A stretch of DNA of 32,000 nucleotides, from contig JANVYR010000002.1 of assembly GCA_030059665.1 (NCBI GenBank), positions 543,521 through 575,520 of the forward strand. Direction: 5' to 3'. Under the pieces are notes generated by a model. That model was not told the DNA's origin and did not search any database. It was given only the letters and a program-made list of their open reading frames with translations. Made by a program: the position numbers and the translations under genes. Source of the stretch: Candidatus Calditenuis fumarioli. GTDB lineage: Archaea > Thermoproteota > Nitrososphaeria_A > Caldarchaeales > Calditenuaceae. How positions within the stretch are numbered: the first letter of the stretch is position 1; the number at the start of each line of letters is the position of its first letter. This document shows positions 1 through 8,369 of this stretch, in pieces.

Positions 1-37
1 TCCTCGCGGTCGGGATAGAGTTCAGGATCAAGCGCAT
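1..37 (-). CDS. 5' end (12 codons, MRLILNSIPTAR...) of the gene following nuoH; possibly the next nuo subunit. Runs off the window.
   Basis: ATG at 35-37 (minus), 9 nt after the nuoH stop, same strand. Too short to identify. Confidence 0.25.
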   Translation of the reverse strand, partial: MRLILNSIPTAR

Positions 38-46
38 GAGGGGAGG

Positions 47-1105
47 TTAGGCGGCAAGCACCCTCGTGGCGTAGAGCAGGGACCCCGTGATCAGGAGGTT
101 GAGGAGCGCCATCGGTATCAGGTAGCGCCATCCGAGGTCCAGCACCCTGTCGATCGTGAACCTCGGGTATGCCCCTCGGATCAGCACCATCACCGTGAAC
201 AGGATCAGCGCCTTCACGATGACCCAGAAGGGAGCCGAGACGGTCTCCGGCAGGAACGGTATCGGTGGGCCGTGCCAGCCGCCGAGGTAGAGAAGGGCCC
301 CGAGGAAGCACAGGGCCAGCGTCTTCTCGTATGCCGCCAGCTGTATGATGACGAAGTGGGCACCGGAGTACTCGGTCTGCCAGCCGAAGACGATCTCGGA
401 CTCGGCCGTGGGTATGTCGAACGGCACCCGCTCAGACTCGGCGAGGGCCGCGATGAAGAAGACCAGGAAGCCCAGGACCTGGGGGACGACGAAGGGGACG
501 ACGGACTGGGCCTGGACGATCCTCTCTATGTTGAAGCTTCCCGCCATCATCACGACGCCCGCGAGCGCCAGGAAGAGCGGCACCTCGTAGCCGAAGAGCT
601 GGAGGGCCAGCCTGACGAGCCCTATGAACGGATATTTGCTACCGGAGGCGTAGGCCGCGAGGAGTATCGGCACGGGCGAGAGCGCCAGGACCGCGAAGAA
701 GAGCAGCAATCCGATCTCGCTGGGGTAGATGATCCAGCCGGCACCGAAGGGGAGGAAGGCGTAGAGCAGGAGGGACAGGATCAGCGCAGCCGAGGGCATG
801 GTCCAGAAGAGGGGCCTGATGGCTCCGCTGGGGGTGATCCGCTCCTTCGCCAGGAACTTCACCGCGTCCGCCACCAGCTGCAGCACGCCAGAGACCTTCC
901 CCACGTGCAGCGGCCCGACCCTGAGCATCACCCTGGCCAGCAGCTTCCGCTCGTACCAGACCGCGAACATCCCAAGGACCGTGCTGAAGAGGGCTCCGGG
1001 GAAGACGGCGGCCTTGATGAAGGCCTCCGAGAAGACCCAGGTCATCAGCGTCCTCAGGGGTTCCGGCATCGAGGATATGGTCTGGGCGATCTGCTCCGCG
1101 ATCAT
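47..1105 (-). CDS. nuoH: NADH-quinone oxidoreductase subunit H (membrane subunit, ND1 family)
   Basis: Translation from MIAEQIAQ... is a polytopic membrane protein with NuoH/ND1 hallmarks (VWYERKLLARVMLRVGP, GSKYPFIGLVR, AESERVPFDIPTAESEIV, YPRFTIDRVL). ATG at 1103-1105 lies 2 nt after the nuoA stop. The 120-codon upstream extension in the ORF track overlaps nuoA and is Arg/Gly-rich. Confidence 0.93.
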   Translation of the reverse strand: MIAEQIAQTISSMPEPLRTLMTWVFSEAFIKAAVFPGALFSTVLGMFAVWYERKLLARVMLRVGPLHVGKVSGVLQLVADAVKFLAKERITPSGAIRPLFWTMPSAALILSLLLYAFLPFGAGWIIYPSEIGLLLFFAVLALSPVPILLAAYASGSKYPFIGLVRLALQLFGYEVPLFLALAGVVMMAGSFNIERIVQAQSVVPFVVPQVLGFLVFFIAALAESERVPFDIPTAESEIVFGWQTEYSGAHFVIIQLAAYEKTLALCFLGALLYLGGWHGPPIPFLPETVSAPFWVIVKALILFTVMVLIRGAYPRFTIDRVLDLGWRYLIPMALLNLLITGSLLYATRVLAA

Positions 1106-1107
1106 CC

Positions 1108-1488
1108 TCAACCCCTCCTTCCCGATGCCACCCTGAGCCTCGATCCGGCGTAGACCGAGATCACCGCGGCGACCGCGAGCAGCGTCAGCGTCAAGGGCGT
1201 CACGCCGGCCTCCAGAACCGAGAGGAGCGAGAAGAAGACGAGCACCGCAACCACCGCGTATGCGATGTAGATTACCACGTACGGGAAGTACTCGAGCGGG
1301 AAGCTCGAGAGGGCCGACCTGATCGGGGCCTGACCCGACTCGAAGGCCATCCGCTTGACCCTGGAGGGCCTGGAGGGAGCGATCAGCCACGAGACGATGT
1401 AGAACACGTCGGGCGCCAGGAGCACCAGTATCACGTACAGGATGAACGGGTCCCAGAGGAACCACAGCGGCCCCGCTTGGTCTGCCAT
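1108..1488 (-). CDS. nuoA: NADH-quinone oxidoreductase subunit A (ND3 family)
   Basis: Three-TM small protein with an ND3-like loop (KRMAFESGQAPI...FPLEYFPYVVIYIAYAVVAVLVFF). ATG at 1486-1488 sits about 25 nt downstream of a TATA-like box. The longer 1593 start is Ala/Arg/Pro-rich. Confidence 0.8.
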   Translation of the reverse strand: MADQAGPLWFLWDPFILYVILVLLAPDVFYIVSWLIAPSRPSRVKRMAFESGQAPIRSALSSFPLEYFPYVVIYIAYAVVAVLVFFSLLSVLEAGVTPLTLTLLAVAAVISVYAGSRLRVASGRRG

Positions 1489-1507
1489 CGCCGATCCGTG
1501 CTCGGGG

Positions 1508-1519
1508 CTTAATTTATCC
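1508..1519 (-). promoter_or_regulatory. TATA-like box (GGATAAATTAAG on minus strand) for a leaderless nuoA-nuoH transcript
   Basis: AT-rich element in otherwise GC-rich DNA, about 25 nt upstream of the nuoA ATG at 1488. Confidence 0.4.
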
Positions 1520-1640
1520 CCGTCGTCGGCGTCCGTGGCCGAGGGAGCTGGGGCGACGCGCAACCGGAGGGCCGGTCGGGACTCCAGTGGCATGGGTGCC
1601 TAGAAAGACTTTAACGGGATAAGCAACGCTACGGCCTGGA

Positions 1641-2039
1641 ATGGCGGCCGAGGAGGAGGTCATAAGGGGAACCGTGAGGACGGGGTACGTCTCCGCGGGC
1701 GGTTACGCCTACAAGGTGAGGCGGGTGCTGTTCGCGCAGCTGAAGCACTTGGTCCAGGCGGGCAAGGTGGACCAGAAGGAGGTCGCGAGGGCCGCCGGTT
1801 ACCTCAACACGCTCCTTTACCACCTCGTGGTGGAGCAGATGGGCTTCACGAAGTCCGACGCGCTGAGGATAACCGTCAACTACGCCGTGCGCAACGGGAC
1901 GATCGAGTGGGACCTGGACTCGCTAAAGGTGGAGATGTATCGCAGGGTCGATGACGAGCAGGTGAGCAAAGCGCTCGGGCTGGCCAAGAAGGCGATCGAG
2001 GGCCAGTACACCGGTGAGGAGGGGCCAGCTACCGACTGA
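1641..2039 (+). CDS. Hypothetical soluble protein, 132 aa, family not confidently recognised
   Basis: High GC3 in frame and balanced amino acid composition (K/E/V/L-rich). CTTTAAC TATA-like element at 1609-1615, about 29 nt upstream of the ATG. Divergent from nuoA. Confidence 0.75.
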   Translation: MAAEEEVIRGTVRTGYVSAGGYAYKVRRVLFAQLKHLVQAGKVDQKEVARAAGYLNTLLYHLVVEQMGFTKSDALRITVNYAVRNGTIEWDLDSLKVEMYRRVDDEQVSKALGLAKKAIEGQYTGEEGPATD

Positions 2040-2081
2040 CCCGAGCAACCTCAATATCCCGTTCTCCCTCGTGTAACGACG

Positions 2082-3026
2082 GTGAGACCTCCGGAGGAGA
2101 TGCTCTACGAGGTGCTGCTCCCGAACCTCAGGGGGGTGCTCGCGCACCGCCTGCGGTCCCTGGGTTACTCCCAGTCGAGGATCGCGCGGATCCTGAACGT
2201 CACCCAGCCCTCCGTCAGCGGCTACCTTTCCGAGCGGGAGTCCAAGTTCTCCGAGGCCCTCCTCCGGCTCGGCGTTCCGAAGGAAGATCTGGACGCCCTG
2301 ATCGACTCGCTGGTGAGGGACGCGGAGCTCGGACCCGCGAGGATGACGGAGACGCTGGTGACCGCGTGGAGGCAGCTGCTCTCTTCCGGCAAGCTCTGCT
2401 CCTACCACAGGTCCCTTTACCCCGAGCTCGCGGAGTGCGACGTCTGCGTGAGGCTGGGCTCATTGGTGGACGCGGAGAAGGCCTCGGTCCTGCAGCGGCT
2501 CGAGAGGGCCGTTCAGATGCTCGAGTCGAGCCCCGTGGTCCACCACCTGGTTCCGGAGGTCTCGATGAACGTCGCGGAGGCGTTGAGGGATCCGGCGGAC
2601 ACGAACGACGTCGCAGCGGTTCCCGGAAGGATCGTCAGGGTAGGTATGACGGTGAGGGCCGTGGGGAGGCCTGCCTTCGGGACCTCGAGGCACCTGGCAT
2701 CCGTGCTGATAGGTGCCAGAAGGGTCGGCGTCAGGTGGTCTGCGGTGGTCAACGTGAGGAACGACGAGTCGCTGGTCAGGGCTTTGAGGGAGCTGGGCAT
2801 GCGTCACGGAGCGACGAGCTACGCATCCGGAGGACCGGGGAGCGAGGACGACGTCGTGGCAGCGGTCGTGGAGGTTCTCCGCAGGGACCCCGAGGTGGAG
2901 GTGGTGCTCGACGGTGGAGGGCCGGGGCTTGAACCAGCGGCCTACGTCTTCGGAACGGACTCGATCGACGCTGCCTCGAAGGTCATCAGGATCGCGAGGG
3001 CCTACGTCGCGCTGAAGGGCACCTGA
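2082..3026 (+). CDS. thiR: ThiR-like transcriptional regulator: N-terminal HTH fused to a ThiN (thiamine-phosphate synthase-like) domain
   Basis: HTH segment LGYSQSRIARILNVTQPSVSGYL. ThiN-domain motifs LVPEVSMNVAEAL, VAAVPGRIVRVG, FGTSRHLASVL, AVVNVRND, LDGGGPGLEPAAYVFG. GTG start at 2082 lies about 28 nt after the TCAATATC element. Alternative ATG at 2100. Confidence 0.85.
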   Translation: MRPPEEMLYEVLLPNLRGVLAHRLRSLGYSQSRIARILNVTQPSVSGYLSERESKFSEALLRLGVPKEDLDALIDSLVRDAELGPARMTETLVTAWRQLLSSGKLCSYHRSLYPELAECDVCVRLGSLVDAEKASVLQRLERAVQMLESSPVVHHLVPEVSMNVAEALRDPADTNDVAAVPGRIVRVGMTVRAVGRPAFGTSRHLASVLIGARRVGVRWSAVVNVRNDESLVRALRELGMRHGATSYASGGPGSEDDVVAAVVEVLRRDPEVEVVLDGGGPGLEPAAYVFGTDSIDAASKVIRIARAYVALKGT

Positions 3027-3072
3027 GGGAGAAGGAAGGCATTTCTGGGCGTCGAGTTGAATCGTTGACGGG

Positions 3073-4263
3073 TTGCCGAAGCTGATCAAGGACCCGATCC
3101 ACGGGTACGTCACCGTCGACGACGAGCTGCTCGGAGTTCTCGACTCGTACGCTCTCCAGAGGCTCCGGCGGATCCAGCAGCTACCTTTGTCGCACTACGT
3201 CTACCCCACGGCGAGGCACTCGAGGTTCGACCACTCGCTTGGCTGCATGTCGCTCGCGGAGGAGTACTCAAGGCACCTGGGTCTGGACGAGGAGGAGGGG
3301 AGGCTGCTAAAGGCGGGTGCGCTGCTGCACGACGTGGGCCACACGCCGTACTCCCACCTTCTCGAGGTCGCGCTGATCGAGAGGGGCCTGAACCACGAGG
3401 AGATGGGGCTGAGGATAATCCGAGAGGACCAGGAGCTGGCATCCTCGCTGGAGGGTTCGGGGATAAGGATCCGAGAGCTGGTGGACCTCCTCTCCGGCAG
3501 GCACAGGCTCAGCAGCATAGTCTCCGGCCCGCTCGACGTAGACCGGCTCGACTTCCTCCTCAGGGACTCCTACTTCACCGGAGCGACCTACGGCGTCGTC
3601 GACGCGAGGAGGATAATACGGCTGACCCGGTTCGACTCGCGGGGGCTCTACTTCGAGTCGAGGGCCCTCGGCGCGGTCGAGGAGCTCGCGATAGCAAGGC
3701 ATCACTCCTTCCTGAACATCTACTTCCACCACGCCGTCAGGGCGGCCCAGCTGCTCTTCCTCAGGGCCTACACCGTGCTGAAGGACGAGGGGCTGGACTT
3801 CGCCGAGATGGACGTCCAGGAGTACCTCTCGCACGACGACATCACGGTCTGGGCCAGGCTCAAGTCGGACCGGAGGACGAAACCCGTGATGGAGGAGCTC
3901 GAGAGGAGGAGGCTCCCGAAGATGGTGATGGAGGTTCAGCTCCCGGGAGAGGTCGAGATACCGACGAGGATGGACGAGTGCAGGGAGCTGGAGAGCGAGA
4001 TCGCATCGAGGCTCCGCGTCCCTGAGGAATGGGTCTACTTCGACTCGACGAGCCTCCCTCCGCTGATGGGGTACGCGTCGCAGCCCATCAGGATAGAGAC
4101 CGCCGAGTCGGAGCTGAGGCCGAGCTCGTGGATCCTCGAGATGACCTCGAGGCCCCTGAGGATCGTCAGGGTCTACGTGAGGAGGGGATCGGTGGACGTC
4201 GAGGCCGCGAGGAAGATCGTCATGGACCTCTTCGCCGAACGAGGCTGGACCTCCACTCGATGA
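3073..4263 (+). CDS. HD-domain metal-dependent phosphohydrolase (SAMHD1/dNTP triphosphohydrolase-like, COG1078 type)
   Basis: KDPIHGYV...LQRLRRIQQL...RFDHSLG...LLHDVGHTPYSH...DVDRLDFLLRDSYFTG motifs. TTG start. No obvious own TATA box, so probably co-transcribed with the ThiR-like gene. Confidence 0.9.
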   Translation: MPKLIKDPIHGYVTVDDELLGVLDSYALQRLRRIQQLPLSHYVYPTARHSRFDHSLGCMSLAEEYSRHLGLDEEEGRLLKAGALLHDVGHTPYSHLLEVALIERGLNHEEMGLRIIREDQELASSLEGSGIRIRELVDLLSGRHRLSSIVSGPLDVDRLDFLLRDSYFTGATYGVVDARRIIRLTRFDSRGLYFESRALGAVEELAIARHHSFLNIYFHHAVRAAQLLFLRAYTVLKDEGLDFAEMDVQEYLSHDDITVWARLKSDRRTKPVMEELERRRLPKMVMEVQLPGEVEIPTRMDECRELESEIASRLRVPEEWVYFDSTSLPPLMGYASQPIRIETAESELRPSSWILEMTSRPLRIVRVYVRRGSVDVEAARKIVMDLFAERGWTSTR

Positions 4264-5128
4264 GCCTCCGCAGCCCGTCCTCGAGCCCCAGGACTGGCTC
4301 GTAGCCCAGAACCCTCCTGGCCTTCTCGATGGAGGGGTAGCTGATCATGGGTTCCCTCTCCTGATCTGTCCTCGGTGGCAGATCGACGAGCTCCGAGCTG
4401 GAACCCGTGAGGCGCCTGATGAGGTCCGCGAGCTCCCTGATCGAGATCCTGTTCCCCGTTCCGAGGTTGAAGACCTCGCCTGAGATCCCATCTGCGTTTA
4501 GGGCCAGTTCAACGGCCCTGCAGTAGTTCAGCACGTGGTAAGGATCCGTAACGTCGCGACCGCCGTTGTACAGCGGTATGGGGTCGCCTCTGAGGCACGC
4601 GTCGATGAACCTCGTCGTGACGCTGGTCTCTGGTTCTCCCTCGCCGAAGATCTTCCACGACCTGAAGACGACGGCGTCGAGGCCCTTCGACGAGACGTAG
4701 GACATCACCACGCTCTCGGCTGCCACCTTAGTGTGGTCGTAGGGGGACCTGGGCCTGAGGGGCTCGTCCTCCGTGACGGGGGTTCTCGGTCTGGCACCGT
4801 AGACGTTCGCGGAGGAGGCGTAGATCAACCTGGAGACTCCGTGCCGGACGGAGGCCTCGACCACGTTCAGCGTTCCCAGCACGTTAACCTCGAAGCACCT
4901 CTTCGGGTCCCTGATGCACTCGGGGATGCTCGCGATGGCGGCGAGGTGTATGACCGATTCGGGCCTGTTTTCTGCGAAGAACCGGTTTACCTGCTCGAAG
5001 GACGCGACGTCCACCGGCCGGTCGACGCCCCTCACGTCTATTCGCAATACCTCGTGGCCCCTCTCGGAGAGGTACCGTGTCAGGTGGGAACCTATGAACC
5101 CGGAGGCCCCAGTAACCGCTACCCTCAC
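4220..5128 (-). CDS. NAD-dependent epimerase/dehydratase (UDP-glucose 4-epimerase-like SDR)
   Basis: Rossmann motif VTGASGFIGSHL and extended-SDR YxxxK (SPYDHTKVAAE). GTG start at 5128. The 3' end overlaps the HD gene by 44 nt (convergent). Confidence 0.92.
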   Translation of the reverse strand: MRVAVTGASGFIGSHLTRYLSERGHEVLRIDVRGVDRPVDVASFEQVNRFFAENRPESVIHLAAIASIPECIRDPKRCFEVNVLGTLNVVEASVRHGVSRLIYASSANVYGARPRTPVTEDEPLRPRSPYDHTKVAAESVVMSYVSSKGLDAVVFRSWKIFGEGEPETSVTTRFIDACLRGDPIPLYNGGRDVTDPYHVLNYCRAVELALNADGISGEVFNLGTGNRISIRELADLIRRLTGSSSELVDLPPRTDQEREPMISYPSIEKARRVLGYEPVLGLEDGLRRLIEWRSSLVRRRGP

Positions 5129-5156
5129 GGGCGATGCACCGGAGGGCTGCCGTAGC

Positions 5157-5729
5157 TCAGGCCGTCCTGGCCCTAGGAACCTTCACCAGCTCCTCGATCA
5201 GCGAGATCATCACCGGCATCATCTTCGGCAGGTCCGGCGGAACCCGCGAGGTCACGAGGTTCCTGTCCCTCACCACGGGCTCGTCGACGTAGATCGCGCC
5301 GGCGTACTCAAGGTCGTCCTTGATCGCTGAGACGGCGGTCAGCCTGTAGCCCGAGAGCACGCGTGCCGAGATCAGGAGCTGAGGACCGTGGCATATCGCG
5401 CCGACGGGCCTGCCCGAGAGGAAGAACTCCCTGATCCACTCCACCGCCTTGCGGTCCCTCCTCACCCTGTCCGGCATCCAGCCGCCAGGGATGAAGAGCG
5501 CGTCGAAGTCCTGCGGTCTCACCTCGTCGAAGGTCGCGTCAACGCTGATCTGCAGCCCGTGCTTGCCAGCGTAGCTCCTCTTCTCCGGTCCTATCACTTT
5601 CACATCCGCGCCCTCCTCGAGGAACCTGTAGTACGGGTAGAGCAGCTCTAGGTCCTCGAACTCCGGGCCAGCGACAATTGCTATCCTGACGCCCTTCAGC
5701 CTCGTCACGTCCCGACCTCTTCGAGGCAC
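5157..5729 (-). CDS. pfpI: DJ-1/PfpI family intracellular protease/deglycase
   Basis: IAIVAG..FEDLEL..Y, FDALFIPGG and the nucleophile elbow AICHGPQLL. GTG start at 5729, alternative GTG at 5708 (VTRLKGVRIAIV). Confidence 0.9.
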   Translation of the reverse strand: MPRRGRDVTRLKGVRIAIVAGPEFEDLELLYPYYRFLEEGADVKVIGPEKRSYAGKHGLQISVDATFDEVRPQDFDALFIPGGWMPDRVRRDRKAVEWIREFFLSGRPVGAICHGPQLLISARVLSGYRLTAVSAIKDDLEYAGAIYVDEPVVRDRNLVTSRVPPDLPKMMPVMISLIEELVKVPRARTA

Positions 5730-5825
5730 CTAATAGCCCCTCCAGCGCGGGGCAGCCCTGAGGACCACCGGAGCAGCCGTTTCAGTCCGATCGAGACGGA
5801 GCCGTAGCTCGCGATCGGTTTACGC

Positions 5826-7034
5826 TCAGGAAGCGATGCGCCCCACCAGCTTCCCCTCGTGCGAGATCTCGGTGACGGAGGACAGCGCCTCACGGACAGC
5901 CTCGTCGAGCCCGAGCCTCTCCCACTCCTTCTCCACCTCAGAAGGCCTCGGTCTGGTCTTGGGACGCCTCGAGACGATCGAGCAGCAGTCGGCGTACTCC
6001 GATACAGAGTCATGGAAGGTCCCTATCCGCATGGCGAGGTTCACGATCTCCTCCTTGTCCATTCCTATCAGAGGTCTGTAGACGGGCAGCTCGAGGCCGC
6101 GCGTCACTGCGTACATCGACTCGAGCGTCTGGGAGGCCACCTGCCCGAGGGAGTCGCCGGTCACGACGCCGAGGGCTCCCAACCTTGGCGCGAGGCGGTC
6201 GGCGACCACGTGCATGAACCGCTTGAAGAGGGCGAGCTCGAGCCTCGGGTCTGCGTCTAGGGCCCTCTTCAGGAAGTGGACGTAGGAGACCGTGAAGAGC
6301 CTGATGCCCCTGTGGTACTGCCTCAGCGTCGAGAAGATCCTGAAGACCTTCGAGCCTATCACGTCCTCATCCGATGGGAGGGCGTGGAAGTGGAGCAGGT
6401 GGACCGGGCATCCGCGTCTGAGCATGAGCCAAGCAGCGACCGGAGAGTCGATCCCACCCGAGAACAGGACGAGCACCGGAGGTGAGGTGCCGACCGGAAG
6501 TCCCCCAACGCCCTCATACCTTTCCCAGAGCAGCAGGATCTCGCCGGACATCACGACGACGTAGAACCTCCTCGACGGCTCGCTCAGGTCGACGCTCGCA
6601 CCGGTTGCCTCGGCTATCGCCCTGCCCACCTCGACCTGGATCTCGTGGGAGTTGAGTGGGAAGGTCTTGTCGGCCCTGAAGGCCTTGACCGCGAACGTCT
6701 CGCCCTCCCTGAGCTCCCTCGGCGCGACCTCCCTGACCGCCTCAAGAAGGGCCCCCATGTCACGCTGGACGCTGATGCCCACGCCAACCCACCTCACGCC
6801 AGGGATCCTGGCCGCGACCCTCGCGACCTCCCGAGCAACACCCAGGTCTTCGACGTACGTCACCACCCTGCTGTGCTTGACGGCGAAGTTGAACCTGCCC
6901 TCCAGCGCCTCCCTCAGGTTCCTGATCAGGACCCGCTCGTACCTCGACCTCTTCCTGCCCTTCACGGCCAACTCCGCGTACTGCGCCGAGACCACGTACC
7001 CGGCCATGGCCATCTCCGGTCGATCGGTGAGCAT
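5826..7034 (-). CDS. thiI: tRNA 4-thiouridine synthase / thiamine-related sulfurtransferase ThiI (THUMP + PP-loop ATPase)
   Basis: N-terminal ferredoxin-like/THUMP part (YAELAVKGRKRSRYE, FAVKAFRADKTFP). PP-loop VLVLFSGGIDSPVAAWLM. Alternative ATG starts at 7013 and 7007 fit better with the TATA-like element at 7039-7045. Confidence 0.9.
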   Translation of the reverse strand: MLTDRPEMAMAGYVVSAQYAELAVKGRKRSRYERVLIRNLREALEGRFNFAVKHSRVVTYVEDLGVAREVARVAARIPGVRWVGVGISVQRDMGALLEAVREVAPRELREGETFAVKAFRADKTFPLNSHEIQVEVGRAIAEATGASVDLSEPSRRFYVVVMSGEILLLWERYEGVGGLPVGTSPPVLVLFSGGIDSPVAAWLMLRRGCPVHLLHFHALPSDEDVIGSKVFRIFSTLRQYHRGIRLFTVSYVHFLKRALDADPRLELALFKRFMHVVADRLAPRLGALGVVTGDSLGQVASQTLESMYAVTRGLELPVYRPLIGMDKEEIVNLAMRIGTFHDSVSEYADCCSIVSRRPKTRPRPSEVEKEWERLGLDEAVREALSSVTEISHEGKLVGRIAS

Positions 7035-7052
7035 CCCCCTATATTGGTGAGA

Positions 7053-8306
7053 GTGGTGGATTGCACGGTGGCCCTGACTCCTGAGACGCTGGGGGCAGCA
7101 ACGTCGGCCTCCGAGGTCAGGGGGGAGCGGGTGGTCTGCGAGGTCTGCAGGAACGTGGCGAGGTTCTGCAAGCTCTCCAGGTGCCCGTTCTACAGGGACC
7201 TGCTCAGAGAGCTGGAGGTCGAGCGTCAGCTCAGTAGAGAGACGGTCTACGGGCCGACGCCGCCCTTCGTCCTCGTGGGGGAGAGGGGTTACCCGAACGT
7301 CTACTCAGGGCCGCTGGTCTCCCTGCACCCGGAGGTCTCCCTCACGGAGGATCCGAGGGCATGGCTCACCAGGAGCGTTGAGGAGCTGCTGAGGGCCAGG
7401 CTGACGCTGGCCTTCTTCAGGGTTAGGGTCGACGTTCGGAAAGCAGAGAGGCCCGGCAGGTTGGAGGAGGTGAGGGAGGCCGCAGCATCGGTGAAGCCAG
7501 TTGAGGTCGAGGTCCGGCACTCCGGTGCGGTCACGTACAGGCCCGGGTTCGGGCTTCGGGCGATGCCTCACGGCCCTTCGCTGAGGATGGTCGACGCGAA
7601 GACGGTCGGCAACCCCTCGATTCCCAAGAGTGTCGACGAGCTGATCGAGGAGAGGGTGAGGGCCGAGGCGGCCGTGAGGGAGCTCTCGCGGCGAGGCTTC
7701 GACGTCTACTACATCACGAGGCTCCTCTCGTCAGGTCTCCTCGGGTCAGCGTCCCGCAGGATGGTACCGACTGAGTGGAGCATAACCGCGGTCGACGACA
7801 TGCTCGGAAGAGACGCGATACGGAGGGTCAGGAGGCTACCGCCGATCGATGAGTTCAGAGTCTACCGTCACGAGGCGCTCCACAACAGGGCCATAGTGCT
7901 GCTCACGCCGACGGTGTGGATGTTCGAGCTCCTCGAGGGATGGCTGAGGTACCCGGAGGAATCCCCTTACGTCGACCACGAGCTCCACTTCGGCCGGACG
8001 GAATACGCCGAGAACACGGGAGGGGCCTACTACGCGGTGAGGCTCTCGGTCGCGAGGCACCTCGAGAGGATCGGCAGGCAGGCGGGCTCCATCGTCTTCT
8101 TCGAAGTGGGGAGGGGCTGGATACCGCTCGGCGTCTGGAGGTTCAGGGAGATTACAGCGGCAGCGCTGGAGGGCAGGTACGAGAGGTTCGGCGACCTGAG
8201 GGAGGCTTTGGATCACATCGCTCCTTTCCTGGAGATACCGATGGGCAGGTACCTCTCCAAGAGCGCGCTGATCCGGCATCTGACCCGTCAGGGCAGCCTC
8301 CTCTAA
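7053..8306 (+). CDS. nreA: Archaeal Nre-family (NreA-like) DNA repair protein
   Basis: N-terminal Cys cluster CEVCRNVARFCKLSRCPFY. Conserved Nre-type segments (GPTPPFVLVGERGYPNVYSGPL, MVPTEWSITAVDD, TGGAYYAVRL, IPLGVWRFRE). Start uncertain (TTG 7044, GTG 7047/7053/7056/7068). The track ORF from 6645 overlaps thiI antisense and is spurious there. Confidence 0.75.
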   Translation: MVDCTVALTPETLGAATSASEVRGERVVCEVCRNVARFCKLSRCPFYRDLLRELEVERQLSRETVYGPTPPFVLVGERGYPNVYSGPLVSLHPEVSLTEDPRAWLTRSVEELLRARLTLAFFRVRVDVRKAERPGRLEEVREAAASVKPVEVEVRHSGAVTYRPGFGLRAMPHGPSLRMVDAKTVGNPSIPKSVDELIEERVRAEAAVRELSRRGFDVYYITRLLSSGLLGSASRRMVPTEWSITAVDDMLGRDAIRRVRRLPPIDEFRVYRHEALHNRAIVLLTPTVWMFELLEGWLRYPEESPYVDHELHFGRTEYAENTGGAYYAVRLSVARHLERIGRQAGSIVFFEVGRGWIPLGVWRFREITAAALEGRYERFGDLREALDHIAPFLEIPMGRYLSKSALIRHLTRQGSLL

Positions 8307-8369
8307 CGGCACCGGTCGCTCGGAAAACCTTATACGTGCATGGATAGTACTGGACATCGCTGATGGTAC

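Noticed and set aside
272-1153. 293-aa plus-strand ORF (and the nested 345-590 and 798-1136 ORFs) antisense to nuoH
   Set aside because: Arg/Glu/Gly/Asp/Pro-rich low-complexity translation typical of antisense frames in GC-rich DNA. The opposite strand encodes an unmistakable NuoH.
5787-5818. Hairpin CCGATCGAG...CTCGCGATCGG downstream of the thiI stop as a terminator
   Set aside because: The imperfect stem is real, but no oligo-T tract follows on the minus strand. It may be fortuitous in GC-rich DNA, so it is not reported as a feature.
6645-7046. N-terminal ~135 codons of the 553-aa ORF that ends as the Nre gene
   Set aside because: This part lies fully antisense to thiI and is Pro/Arg/Leu-rich. 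Recognisable Nre sequence starts only after 7044.
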